Source: Balamuthia mandrillaris
Lineage: Eukaryota
Assembly: GCA_031835245.2 (NCBI GenBank)
Contig: JAVKOQ020000022.1
Location: 248,001-312,000, forward strand
Direction of reading: 5' to 3'
DNA: 64,000 bases
Each line of letters opens with the position of its first letter. Position 1 is the stretch's first letter. Below, in pieces: positions 1 to 12,614 of this stretch. The notes under the pieces were generated by a model. It was given only the letters and a program-made list of their open reading frames with translations, had not been told where the DNA came from and ran no database searches. The position numbers were made by a program, and so were the translations under genes.

Positions 1-813
1 ACGGCAAGGACGAGGGCTATCCCTTTGAGCTCTACGTGGAGGTCAACCATCGCTTGGTTAGAGGCGCTGGCTTGACTGTCACCACCACCGTTCGTTCACA
101 TTTCCCTCTCTTGCTTTCTTGATTCGTCTCTCATTGTTCTACTCTTTCTTCTCGAAACAAAGGCCTATAACGTCGGTAAAGAGCCACTGCCTTTTGGGGA
201 TGGATGGCATCCTTACGTCAAACTTTTGGCCAAGAGTGAGCAAGAAGCAGAGGACAAGGAAGAACCAACAAACATCCCCTTGGATGACCTCTATCTTACC
301 GTTACTACGTCGCCACCTTCGACTTCCTCGCAATTTGAAGAGCTGTTGGTGAACGAACGGATGATCCCAACTGGCGAACGAAGTGCGTGGGCCGGCATGC
401 AACAACAATCCCTCTCCGGCCTCTCCTTCGACACTGGCTTCTTCGTTGGTAACAAAGGTTCATCCACCGCCTCCAACAACAACAAAGTCCTTTGCAAGCT
501 GAGCTCCTCTTCTTCATCCACCCCAACAATCGTCTTGTGGCAAGAGCAAGAGGCCTATCCGTACTTGCAGATCTACACACCGCCCAACAGGAGGAGCATC
601 GCGTTGGAGCCCATGAGCATGCCCACCAATGGCTTCAACACGGGCGAGTTCCTGGAGTTGCAGCCCTTGGCAGAGGGAGAGGAGAGGCGGGAGGTGCTGG
701 CCTTGGCGGAGAGGATTAACAGCTGCGCGGAGACATACCAACTTTCGGAGGAGGAGAGGCGCAGATGGCAGGGAAAACTCTTTGTGGGAAGTTACGGCGT
801 TTATCTGGAGTGA
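1..813 (+). CDS. Aldose 1-epimerase / galactose mutarotase-like protein (5' partial)
   Basis: Exon reads GYPFELYVEV. Intron 90-162 (GTTCGT..AG) joins in frame to NVGKEPLPFGDGWHPY..MIPTG..FDTGF..YLQIYTP..SIALEPMS, carrying the HPY and EP motifs of the family. Stop at 813. Confidence 0.85.
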
Positions 814-1034
814 CAAAAAAAGAACGGGAAATGAATATAAAATGGCTGAGTGGAAGAAAAAAGAACAGGAATAAAAGCCACAGAATAACAAAAAAGAAAG
901 AAGGCAAGAAAAAGCAACAAAAAAAACAGAAGAAAGAAATAGAAACTAAACAAACAATAGAAGCACGGCACAGGAAGCAGAAATATAGAAGAATAGGGTT
1001 ATGGTTTGTTAGTTTGGTTGAAGAATGAATTCGC

Positions 1035-1328
1035 TCATTTCCGAACGGACATCTCTTCGGCGGTGAGAGGCCTTCGAAGTTTTCTCTTTTGGAGGTTGCA
1101 GTCTTGGAGCATGACGTGGGGAATGTCAATGCCGAAAACCATTTGCGTGCCAGTCACGAAGCAGACCATTTCTTGGTTGGAAAGCTGCGAGGAGGGGTTG
1201 ATGGCGGGTTTGTTTCTCTGCTCACTGGAAGCTGTGTATTGACCCTCACCGTTCACACAGTAAAGAGTGATTTTCACCTGTTGAACAACGCAATCATGAG
1301 ACCAAAAGACAGAAACGCAAAGAAGAGA

Positions 1329-1388
<60 letters not shown>

Positions 1389-1413
1389 CAGAGACAGAGA
1401 CAGAGACAGAGAC

Positions 1414-1475
<62 letters not shown>

Positions 1476-1526
1476 GAGAGAGACAGAGACAGAGACAGAG
1501 ACAGAGAGACAGAGAGACAGAGAGAC

Positions 1527-1557
<31 letters not shown>

Positions 1558-2023
1558 CAGAGAGAGAGCGCGCAGCAGAAACGAGCACAAAAACCAAGAA
1601 CAAAAGAAGAAATAAGACAAGGCGAACGGAGCAAAGGCTGAAACAAAAAAAACGGAACCTCTTCTTGAATAGCCTTATCAATGTCAAAGGTCAGCTCAAG
1701 TTCATCTCTGTCGGCACGGCTACGCGCTCCTTGCCGGTGGTAACGGACCGTCAACTTGTTCCTGCCCTTCAGCACTTCCACTTCAAAATGATACTTATCC
1801 CCTCGGTCTTGCACTTGTTTGCCTTCCCAATTTTCGGAATAGGTCTGATTTTGATGAAGCAGTAAAACCAAAAAAAAAAAAAAAAACGTAGTAGAACGAA
1901 AAAATTATAAATGTATAAAAAATACATTAATCTTGATTACAAGCAAGACACAATGGATAAACCAAAACAAAAACGAACCCCAAAAACCATGTCTCCCAAT
2001 TCGGTAGCGCTCAACTCGGTCAT
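1035..2023 (-). CDS. Small hypothetical protein (about 3 exons)
   Basis: ATG at 2023 (MTELSATELGDMVFG) followed by a GTTCGT donor. Middle exon TYSENWEGK..DIDKAIQEE, then an intron holding the (CT)n tract, then last exon VKITLYCVNG..EMSVRK*. No family recognised. Confidence 0.6.
1324..1568. repeat. (AG)n/(AGAGAC)n compound microsatellite, intronic
   Basis: Directly visible. Confidence 0.95.
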
Positions 2024-2237
2024 GTTTGCGGGTTTGTTTTGTGTAAAACTCTCACCACACCCTTCTTCTTGCTTCTCTTTTCCTTCCTTTTATTTATTTT
2101 TTTGAGATCAGATGGCCAATTTAATTCAAACGATGGCCAATCCCATGGAGCCACGTCAGCTTATGGATCGGACATTCCTTCAGATGCCCTTTTGGTTGTT
2201 CAACAAGAACAGAAACGCAAGAGAAAACGGAGTGAGA

Positions 2238-2286
<49 letters not shown>

Positions 2287-2319
2287 GGGGGAGAGAATGA
2301 TTCAGCATTACAATGAGAG

Positions 2320-2363
<44 letters not shown>

Positions 2364-2459
2364 AGAGAATGATTCAGCATTACAATGAGAGAAAATAGAG
2401 AGAGAGAGAGAAGGAGAAAGACGGAGTGAGAAGGGAGAGAAGGAGAAAAAAGAAAGGAG

Positions 2460-4616
2460 AGAGAGCAGCAACGCAAACCGTGCCAGTAAAATCCTCAACA
2501 CGGTCCTCATTGATGTTGTAGTTATCGTCAAATCTCTGCGAAGAGCATCCATTTTTACTATCATCGACGAAGGAGAAGAAGAAGAAGGAGGAGAAGGAGA
2601 AGAAGGAGAAGAAGGAGAAGGAGAAGAAGAACAAGAAGAACAAGAAGACGAACAAGAAGACGAACAAGAAGAACAAGAAGAAGAATTCTGCTGTAGAGCG
2701 GCAACTTCGATGGGAATATCCAATACGTTTTGTCCCAAGTGCATTTATCAAGCGCTCACCCCGCACTATCGCAATTTCTCACCATCCGGTCTGGACCTGC
2801 TTCCTTTCTCTTCTTTCTTTGTTTCTTTCGTCCTCCCTTCCTTTTCGTTTCTTGCCGTTCGTTCATTCGTTCTTTCTTTAGTTTGTTTCTTATCAACAAG
2901 TCTTGTTAAAAACAAAAAGCAGTGGAACAAACAGGCAGCGGAGAGGAGGAACCGCAGCATACAGGAGAATGTCCCTTGTGCAGAGCCACCGTCCACAAGA
3001 GCCGCGTGCACGCCAACCACGCCCTCGCTGGCCTCCTCTCCGAGCTGTTGGTCCGCTGTAGGAACGAGGAGAGGGGCTGCCCAGCGGTCGTTGCGGTCAG
3101 CGACAAACAGGCGCATGAGGCCGTGTGCGAGTTCGCTGCTGCGGAATGTCCGTTTTGGACTTTGGGGTGTGCATGGAATGGTTTGTATTCTTACAGCTGC
3201 GTGTTGGGTGTTGCCGTTGTTTTCAACGACTCCATGTTCTTCTTGTTCATCTTCTTCTTCTTCTTCTTCTTCTTCTTCTTTGCTTTGTCCTTTTTGTCTT
3301 CTTTCTCGGCTGTTATTTGTAAAACAAAACATCCGTCAAAGGTACAAAGCAAAGTTTGAAGCATCATTTACAACTTTGCCTTCTTTCTGTCTTATGATCT
3401 GACTACTGTATAGCAACAAGCAAGAGAGATACGTTATCTAAATCCTCGCGGATGGAATTAGAGCTCAATGAAGAAGAAGAAGATAAGAAACAAAAAGAAG
3501 CCGATGAAACAGAGGAAGAGGAAGACGAAGAAGCACCACAGACAGACAAGAAGAGGAAAGGAAACGCATGCCAAAAACTCGAATCCATCAAAGACTCAGC
3601 TTCATCATCGACCGAACCTTCACAACCCGCCACACCACCGACACTCGTTGTACCAATTTCTTCTGTTCTGCCTCTCTCTTCTTCTCTCCCTCTCTCTCTC
3701 TGCTTCTCACTATCATTCTCTCTCGCTCTCTGTCTCCCTCTTGCCATTTTTAACTCACCATTTCTACACTTGTAATTCTTACCAACCAATTACGGTGTTG
3801 GAATGTGGATGATTTGCGTTGCATCAACACGTTAGGAGAGACACTGCTCACTCGCGTGGCGTCACTGCTTTGGAGGTTCAAAATAATCGGTTGTTCTGGA
3901 AGGTTGGTCTTTTTGTTTTTCCACGAACCACTTTTTGAACAGAAGCAAAAAGATAAAAACATTGGGAAAGACAACGAGGGATATTGACGCATGCAATACT
4001 AGTCACGACTGTTCCATTCGTGTTTGGGACATGAGAGGCGTGCCAGGAGGACCAACGCGTTCGCCACAAGTGGAATGTTCTCAAGCTTTAACGGGTCACA
4101 AGTACAGCATCTGGGCGCTGCAATGCACCAATGGTGGTAGGCTGCTATACAGTGGATCCTCCGATGGAACTATTCGCATATTTTTTCCTCTTTCTCTCTT
4201 TCTCTCTTTCTGCTGTATCGCTTCGTGCTTCTCACATTTTTCTTGTAAAGATATGGGACATAAAAACGTTTAAATGCATTCGTACGCTGACCACTGGTAG
4301 TAAAGTATTATCGTTATCCGTGGGCGACGGTATGCTCTGCATGGGCACAACAGATTGCAAAGTTGGGGTAGGGATCTCTGTTTCTGTTTGTTCTTTCTCT
4401 TAAGGGGTTGACTTGCATAAATTTTGGTTAAACAAAGGTTTGGGACTTACGAACAATGTCGATGATGAAGGAAAATTTGCCAGAGCGAAGTGCGTCCATA
4501 CTCAGCTTTTGCCACCTCGGGAGCACCGTTTGCTCTTTGAGAACTCGAAAAAAATATACACGTTTCGGACTCATGAGTCTCCGAAAAAAAAGACAAAGAA
4601 AAAAATGCTTTACTAA
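2460..4616 (+). pseudogene. Decayed RING / TRAF-type Zn finger / WD40 gene (TRAF7-like architecture)
   Basis: Partial RING (TFCPKCI..ECPLCR), TRAF-Zn finger (VRCRNEERGC..HEAVC..CPFWTLGCAWNG) and WD40 repeats (SIRVWD, LTGHKYSIWAL..SGSSDGTIR, IWD, VWDL). Lesions: in-frame TGA at 3395-3397, frame changes near 3835-3900, RING N-half missing, WD40 array stops near 4540. Confidence 0.65.
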
Positions 4617-6405
4617 CTCAAGGCAGCAGTGGCCATACGTTTCCAACGTGCACGTTTGACTATCGTGGTATGTTCCAAACGTTTGGGATTGGATGTTGTC
4701 AGATACCGTTTGACTATCGTTGTATGTTCCAAACGTTTGGGATTGGATGTTGTCAGATACCGTTTGACTATCGTTGTATGTTCCAAACGTGCATCCACAC
4801 AGAGCTATGAGGGTATCTGACAACATCCAATCCCAAACGTTCTTCAACATTGCTTCGTCGTTGTCTTTGTCGATGGCACTAATGACCTTCCCCGAGTCCA
4901 GCAGCTGCTTAACTGCCATAAAAACGTGCTGGTTTCCATAACGTTCTGCCATGCTACTCCGCCGAAACCAAGAGGCCACATAACGAACACGATCCTGCTC
5001 AACAACAGCTGGCAGTATGGCCTCAAATTTGTTTTTGCGTTGCATTATCCCATGAGTTGCAAGCCATTTCAGTCTGCGGAGTCGGGGGGAGAGTGGTTGG
5101 CTGCTGTATCTTCACAATTGAGAACAAGTAAGAACAAAGAAGCATGAGCTCAACAGGATGCGTACCTCAATTTTCGCATGTAGGCATCCAGCTTTTTATG
5201 ATAGAAAACTTGTGGCAAGAAGACATTAGAAATAACAATCTCACAGTCGCCTGAAGGGAGAGCATGACATACCTTCTGGCAGTTCTTTGTACGGCTCGTC
5301 CCCAGACCCGCCCCACTTATCGGCATGAAACACAATGAAGGCGATGCGTTTGGAAGTAGTGTTGAGGGTCACCAACGCCTCATTGCAAGTCATCACATCA
5401 ACCTTCTCCGCGATTTCATGGGATTGGGAGTTGAACAGACGGTAGGCCGCTTGTGCCAGATCTATTGCCTCCCTATCTGTTCCACTCTTGTCGTTTCCAA
5501 GACATCCATGCGCCTTTTGTGGTTGCCCTTGTTCCTCCCCTTGACCTTGTCCTTGTTCGCTTTCTTTTTCTTTCCCTTTTTTTTTTCTCCTCCTCCTCCT
5601 CCTCCTGCAACTGCCGTTCTTCCTCGTGGTGATGGCTGAGAGGTTTGTGGTCGAGAGAATATTTTATGGTGAGCCTGCTTCTCCTCTGTCATGGGCCGCA
5701 CAATGGTCTTTCCAGGAACAAAGTGAGGGCAATGGAGGCGGCACAACAGTTGTGACAGCGGTACCTCTCCCTTGCTGAACTCAGCGTAGGTCTTCATTTG
5801 GTTGAACCAGACCAGTACCCCACATTTGACTGTGAAGACACGACCCGCAAAGAGTGTGAGAGGTGGTTCCCCACTGAAATCTTCTTCCTTCTGACCAGGG
5901 GAACTTTGTTGTTCTGGCTGCTTCTCTGCCCCAGCTGTGTCTGGTGCTTCACTTGGCCCAGCTTGCTCTTGTCTAACTGTTAGTTTCGGCAGAAGGAACA
6001 TGCATGTTCACCCTCAAGTGGTAAGCATAAGTTGTCAGTTGGCTGTGTTGGTTGGTGGACGTACCTGCTTCAATCAGCCGAGCCAACCGTTCTTTTTGCA
6101 GCTTCCCACCATATGTGTTCTTTGCAAGCGGAAGTACGCCCGGAAAAAGGACGTCTAACAGTCGAGCTAACGATTGCTTCTGCCAGTCCGTGGAACTGGG
6201 CATCGGCAAACTGCTCCAGTTGGCCAGCCGCAGCAGTAGCGGAGCTTACTCTCCTTTTTCTTTGTTCTTGGCTGCAACGGTGCGAGTTCACTTGTTGCCG
6301 CCACCCTCCTGGTCCTCCTCCTGCTCCTCCTCCTCCTCCTCCTCCTCCTCCTCCTCCCTCCTCCCTCCTCCCCCCTCTCCTCCTCCTCCTCCTCCTCCTC
6401 TCCCT

Positions 6406-6446
<41 letters not shown>

Positions 6447-6909
6447 ATCTGCTGCGGCGGCACCTCCTCCATCCTGTTCGCTACGTTTTTTTTTTTTTTT
6501 GTGATTTCGAGGATGATGATGATGATGAGGGAGTGTGTGTGGGTTTATCTTTGGCGCCTTTTTTTAATGTCGACACAGCCATTCTTCCGCTCCACCACCA
6601 TTATGGGACCTACCGAAGGAGGTCCTTCAGCGGCTCATCATCGAGTGCGTCCCAACCGCTGACCTCATCCCGAACGTCTTCTTGGTGTGCCGTGCTTTGC
6701 TCGACCTTCTCAATGACGATACCTCCTGGCAAAGTCGTTGTTTGTAGGACTTTGGCCCGCAGCCGGAAGTGGAAAAAGAAGACGCGCCCAGGGCATGGCT
6801 GGAGACCTACAAAGAGCTCCACTGCGCTAGCGGTTGGGACCCACAGAACAGCTCTCTTCCTTGCGACGCCGTTACTTTTGACAAAAACAGGATACGGTAG
6901 GCGCTTCAC
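4428..6909 (-). CDS. Hypothetical protein of unknown family, frame-disrupted (possible pseudogene)
   Basis: Chain of complex-sequence minus-strand ORF segments (6610-6909, 5973-6209, 5462-6001, ~5270-5570, 5150-5335, 4428-5045). They lie in different frames, with switches near homopolymer or triplet tracts. Confidence 0.4.
4654..4841. repeat. 54-bp tandem repeat (2.5 copies) with adjacent 30-bp inverted copy
   Basis: Units at 4654-4707, 4708-4761 and partial 4762-4790. 4812-4841 is the exact reverse complement of 4732-4761. Confidence 0.9.
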
Positions 6910-7086
6910 TTCCGTTCACATTTGGCTATTTCTGAACTCGCTTCATCGTTCTCTCTCCTCTCCTCTCCTCTTCAAAACTAGGTGGGAGGGAAAAACCTCA
7001 TCTCCTTCTACTTTTTCTTCTTTTTCTTTTTTCTTTTTCTTTTTCGTTTTCTTTTTGTTTGTTTCTAGTTTGTTGCTTTCGTTTTG

Positions 7087-8179
7087 TCACTGTGAAGAAG
7101 AGCGAGTCAACTTCAGTATTTCCCGTCTATTGGACGTACCATCTGAACGAGAAAAGAGAGAACCAAAGTGTCAGAGAAAAAAAAAGAATGAGAGGGGGAT
7201 GAAGATAGGAATGGACATACCATCGATGAGTCTAGCCGTTGAGATGTCAAAGAAGCCGTCTTCCTTCACGATGTTCTCAAATTGTCGACAACCACCTCCT
7301 ACTGCAAAGTAATACGTCTTCGCAGCAGCAAAACTGTTGAGAAAAACTATTAGAGATAGGTCAAAACTCTGAGTGAGAATGAACAGATGTTACAGTACCA
7401 TACACCGGATGGCTTGAGAGCATGCTTAATGAGGGAATAAAGCTTGGCTAGGTTTTGTGTGTTATATATTGTTTCGCTTGTAAGAATCATATCGTAGCTT
7501 TGCTTTTCTATCATAGTCTGTACTTTCATATGGCAAAATTAAGTATGAGCAAAAGAAGACACAAGATAAAAAGGCAATCACAAGAAAAGAAGAAGAAAAG
7601 TTTAACCTCTAAAAGTTGCCAATCGCCAGCAAAGAAGCGAATGTCTCTCTCCTTGAAAAACTGTTTGTGGGAATCTGTCAATGATACGAGGTTTGTCCCT
7701 TCTTTCTCTTTCTGTTTCTGTATTTGGAGCCTCTTTTCTGAAACTGAGCCAGCACCACAATTTAGCAATGTGTTTGGTATGGTCAATAGCCGCAGCACCT
7801 CTGTATTCTATCAAATAAAAGAGAAAGCGAAAGAAGAGGAAAGAGACAGCACCAATAAGAATAGGAATGACCAGCATTAGAAGAGAGTCTTGTACAAAAG
7901 TAAACGGTTGGATATTAACGCACATAATCCTGAAAATGTACAGTGGCTTCTTGGTATTTCAACATGTACAGGGCAGGAAGGGACTGTCCGCAACCCAATT
8001 CCAAAACTCGCATAGGGGATGTGCTGGCGTCTTCTTTATGGGCCATTTCGTTCATAAGAAAATGCACCAGGTCGACTGAACATTCCCATTGCTTGAACCC
8101 GCCTGTTTGGAGGTTCGTATATCGGTGAGTGGGCGAGAGAGCGAGAGAGCGAGAGAGCGAGAGAGCGAGAGAGCGAGAG

Positions 8180-8220
<41 letters not shown>

Positions 8221-8867
8221 CAACCCAGAGAAGTAGGAGAGGGAGATAGTGACCTTCATAAACTCCAGAAAGAAGGTCAGAGTGACCCAACACATCCGAA
8301 ACTGTCGGCACAACAGTTCACAAACCAATCACCAAAATAAGTTCGTTAGGAACAAAGAGAGAGCAGAGAGCAGAGAGCAGAGAGAGTTAAAACCTCGTAC
8401 TGTAGAAGTTGATCCTAGCTCTGAAGAAGAAGAAGACCCTTTTTGTGCTTCCATGCCCTGCAGTGAACTACGAAGAAATGCGTCGCTCAGCTTGAGCTTT
8501 CGCAGGAAGACATCCTCCGAAAAGCGAATGGTTTCCACCTGTTTCGCTCCACGCTTGGTAAGTGGGAAGCTCCATGTCCTTTCTGCAAAGCATGTTCAAA
8601 ATCACACACACACAAACCTGCGCATGAGACTCGTCCACATCGAACGCGCTTTCCTCCCAGGGGACCACCTCTTCGGCCGGTCGCAAGCCCAACGGGCCGG
8701 GCGTTTCCTCGCATGTTTGCGGCTGTGCTTGAAGCTCTCCCTGCTCCGTCTAGCGTGCCATGGCCTTTCGTCAGTGCACACTTCACAAACAGCAAGAGAG
8801 AAAAGAAAGAAAAAGAGAGTACCTTTTGGAAGTTGAAGCTGAAGGAGGCTCCCCCGAACAAACTCAT
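7087..8867 (-). CDS. METTL18: Histidine protein methyltransferase 1 (METTL18/Hpm1)-like
   Basis: Spliced motifs SDLLSGVYEG-GFKQWECSVDL, RVLELGCGQSLP (SAM motif I), VHFQDY, RFFAGDW, YDMILTSETIY, AAKTYYFAVGGG, NRREIL. Confidence 0.88.
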
Positions 8868-9346
8868 CTTTTCTTTCTTTCTTTTTTAATGTTACGTTGC
8901 GGGTTCGACTCCTGGTGTCAACAAAACAATTTTAAATTCAAACTTTGAAATTTTACTGGAATGTACATGTAATCGATCTCGATTTCTGAAACGCGATTGG
9001 TAGGGGCATCCGTTTAGGTCGACAAAAACGAAAAAAGCGCAAATTCAACGAGGAGAGCAGTGCCGTTGCTGCTGGTGAGCTTTTGGCAGCGCGACACACA
9101 CACTTTCACCAAGTGCAAAACACGCGTTTTTCGGAAGGAAGGAAAGGTTTGCTTGTTCTCCGCTCTTTATTTATTTTTTCAATTGTTTGTGTGTGTGCAT
9201 GAATGTGATTCACATCTGCTTGTTTTTTTTTTTGAGGCTGATGATGCCTCATGCATTTCGTCGTCCGTTTGCATCTGAAATCTGATTCTTTGATGAATGT
9301 CGATGTTATGTTGTAGAAAACAAACAAGAACAGCTTCTCAGTGAAC

Positions 9347-12300
9347 ATGGAAGCCCACTGGAGGAGAGATCACCAACCACAACAAGCAGAGGAATTCTTC
9401 ATTCCCTCTTCCTCCTCGCTGCTCTTTCCCTCTGCCGTAAACAGCGCCGAAGAAGATCCCTCCGCTTCTCCGCCTCCAGCGGACGGCAGGGAGCTCCGCT
9501 TCCGCGACGGCATCACCCAAAATGCGGAGGGGGAGGAGGAGGGCTACCCCCACCGCAGCCCCCTCTCCCCCGACCGCCTCATCACGTGCGTCGACGGAGA
9601 GGTCCTCACCCTCTACCACAACTTTCAGCGGGCGGTGAGGCTCTACCCAAAGAACCCTTGCTACGGCACGAGGAAGCATCTGAGGGATGGCGTGTCGCGA
9701 GGGGACTACCAGTTTATCACCTATGAGGAGGCACACAGGAGAGCCGACGCCCTGGCCTCTGCTCTGTATCACCTTGGGCTTCGTCCTGTACGTTGTCTCC
9801 TTTCTTTGCGTTTTGCCGGGTTTGTGGTTGACAAAACGGTTTCAAAAAACAAATAACAGGGCAACAATGTGGCCTATTACTCTATCAATAGGGAGGAAGT
9901 CGCCATCACAGAGTTGGCCTGCCAGATGCAGGCTTTGCCCACCGTTTCGCTCTATGATACTTTAGGTCTCTCTCTCTGCTCTCTCTTTGTTCTGTTATGT
10001 CGTTCTCTTCTGTGCTTGTTGCTCTCTCACCACAATCATCATGAATACACATCAGGCTACGAATCGGCGGAGTTCATCCTGAATCACGCAGAGGTGGTTG
10101 CTGTGGTTTGCAGCCGTGACAAAGCTGCTAGGGTTTGTGCTTTCTTTTCCTCCCAATACGTTTCCTTGTCTTTTTCTGCTGTATCTTGTATATTTATATC
10201 GTTATTCCAGGTGTTGGAAATTTCCAAAGTATGTCCGAGTCTACGCTTCGTTATTCAGATGGAAGATTGGTCCCTGTTGGCAAAGGAAGGCGGTAACTAT
10301 TGTTTTGACGTTACTCCTGTTTGGTTGCTTGTTTGTTCACACACGATTCTTTTTTGTTTTTGTTTTTGTTTTTGTTTTTTTATATTGTATTATAGAGAGT
10401 TACAGACAAAAGGAGGATCGTGCTCTATTGAAAGACACTAATACAAAACTGTTGGGTAAACTGTTGGAGTACGAAGATTTATTGAAAGATGTACGTCAAA
10501 ACTGCCCTGTTTTGTTTTGATTGATTGTTTGTTTCTTGTTCTCCTTATCTTTTCCTTTATTCTTGTTTCTGCATTAGGGAGCTCTCAGAAAGGCACCGCA
10601 CACTCCACCAAAGCCGGAAGACTTGGCCACTATCCTTTATACCAGCGGCACAACCGGAGACCCCAAGGGCGTGATGCTTTCTCACCAAAGCTTCATTGCG
10701 GGTCTGGCTGGATGTGCTCACGCTGCTCCTGTATACACCAATGATGTTCATCTTAGCTACTTACCCTTGGTACTCTCGCCCTCTCCCTCCTGCTTAGTTT
10801 CTTTCCTTCTTATTGTTTCCTCTTTTGGTTTCCGTGTTAATATTATCTTTATCATATAGGCTCATGTGTATGAGCGCTTGCTTCAAACGGTGAGCGTTTA
10901 CGCTGGCGCATGTGTTGCCTTTTATCAAGGAGACATCACTAAGTTGATTGATGATGTGCAAGCCAGTAGACCAACTATCTTTGCAGGTGTGCCTCGCGTC
11001 TACCAGCGCATTTACGATCGTGTCATGCAAACCGTCAACGACTCTTTTTGGCACAGAAGAAAGCTCTTCAACTATGCCTACACAACCAAATTGGAAGCCA
11101 TGAAGAAAGGTGCTTTCGCTTTTTCTGTTCATCCATCTTTTGTCTTTCTTCTCTGTTTCGCTTTTACAAACTTCGTTTCTTAAATTCTCTTTTCTTGCCC
11201 TATGATAAGGCGAACCAACACCCAATTTGGACCGGTTGGTGTTCTCGAAAATCCAAGCTAGGTTGGGAGGACGCGTGCGAATGATCATCTCTGGATCTGC
11301 TCCTCTTTCTCCCACTCTCAACGACTTTTTGAGAATGTATGTTCCCATTTTCAACTCTTTTTTTCTTTCTTGTTGACCTTGCCTTGTTTAAAAAAAACTT
11401 TGAAGCTGCTTCTGCTGTCCTTTGATGCAAGGATATGGCCTTTCGGAAACAGTTGCAACTGCCACTGTCAGTTCTCCTGATTGTGTTGAAGGAGGTCACG
11501 TTGGAACTCCTACTGTTTGCAATGGTACCTCGCTTGTTCTTTATATTTCATTTTTGTCGTTTCCTGGTCATATTTCCTCTGTTAACTTGTTATCAATGTG
11601 AACGACACACTTCTGTGCAGAAATAAAATTAATATCCGTGCCAGACATGAACTACACCGTAAAGGACGTGGACGATAAAGGACGGCCATGCCCGCGAGGA
11701 GAGATTTGCATTCGTGGCTTGAATGTTTTCTCTGGTTACTACAAGAATCCCGAAAAAACGTTTGTTCTTTTTCGTTTTACCCTGTTTCTGCCTTCTTCTC
11801 TGCCTAACAAGAAATCTGTTGAATGGGATAGGATGGAAGTGTTCACCCCGGATGGTTACTTCAGGACAGGCGACATTGGCAGATGGAACCCTGACGGCAC
11901 TCTCTCCATCATCGACCGAAAGAAGAACATTTTCAAACTTTCTCAAGGCGAATACGTCGCGTACGTCTCTCTCCCCCACGTTTTTTCTTTCTATATCTCC
12001 TTCTTCAGTTTTAACAAAGAACAATAACAGGGCTGAAAAATTGGAAGGAGTGTACGGCAGAGTGCCAGGCGTAGGCCAAATCTTTGTCTACGGAGACTCT
12101 CTGCAAAGCTACCTGGTGGCCATCATCGTCCCCAACTTTGTCGACTTCTTGATCCCCTTTGCCAAGAAACTGCTGCTCATCACTGATGAGGAGCAGTTGC
12201 GCCCCGAGAACCTCTGCAAGAACGCCCAGGTGCGGGACTACTTCATGCGCGAACTGCTGCAACAGGCCGAAAAGGAGAAGCTGGCTGGCTTTGAGCAGAT

Positions 12301-12460
12301 CAAGGCCATTCACTTGGAGCCGCAGGAGTTCTCCGTGGAGAGCGGGCTGATCACGCCGACCTTCAAGCTGAAGAGGCCCGGCCTGAAGAGCCACTACGAG
12401 GAGGTGCTGCAGGAGCTGTACAGGCAGGGGCCCATGGGCGGTCAGTCCGCCAAACTCTGA
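9347..12460 (+). CDS. Long-chain acyl-CoA synthetase with C-terminal PTS1-like AKL
   Basis: Multi-exon. Motifs [75 protein letters not shown]. Ends QSAKL*. Confidence 0.95.
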
Positions 12461-12614
12461 AGCAGCGCGTTAAACCCTTGAAGGAAGAAGTTAGTTAAGC
12501 ACTTACCACCAACAAAACTTGAATGGAAGAAGTTTTAGAGTTGCTTGTAACGGGTCATCGTCTCCCTATATCCTCTGTTTTTCGAAGGGGCGTTTTGTTC
12601 CAGATAAGAATAGC

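Noticed and set aside
1089..1865. Long ER/SL-repeat ORFs here and at 23315-24226, 27292-27714 and 22853-23062
   Set aside because: These are translations of stop-free microsatellites in introns or intergenic DNA.
3395..3397. In-frame TGA as selenocysteine
   Set aside because: The locus also has frameshifts and deletions, no SECIS is evident, and decay is the simpler explanation.
4654..4790. CRISPR-like short repeats
   Set aside because: The units are contiguous near-identical 54-mers with no unique spacers, there are no cas genes, and the context is eukaryotic.
6032..7312. 426-aa + strand ORF
   Set aside because: It is the antisense shadow of minus-strand coding sequence and (CCT)n repeats, with no coherent domain.
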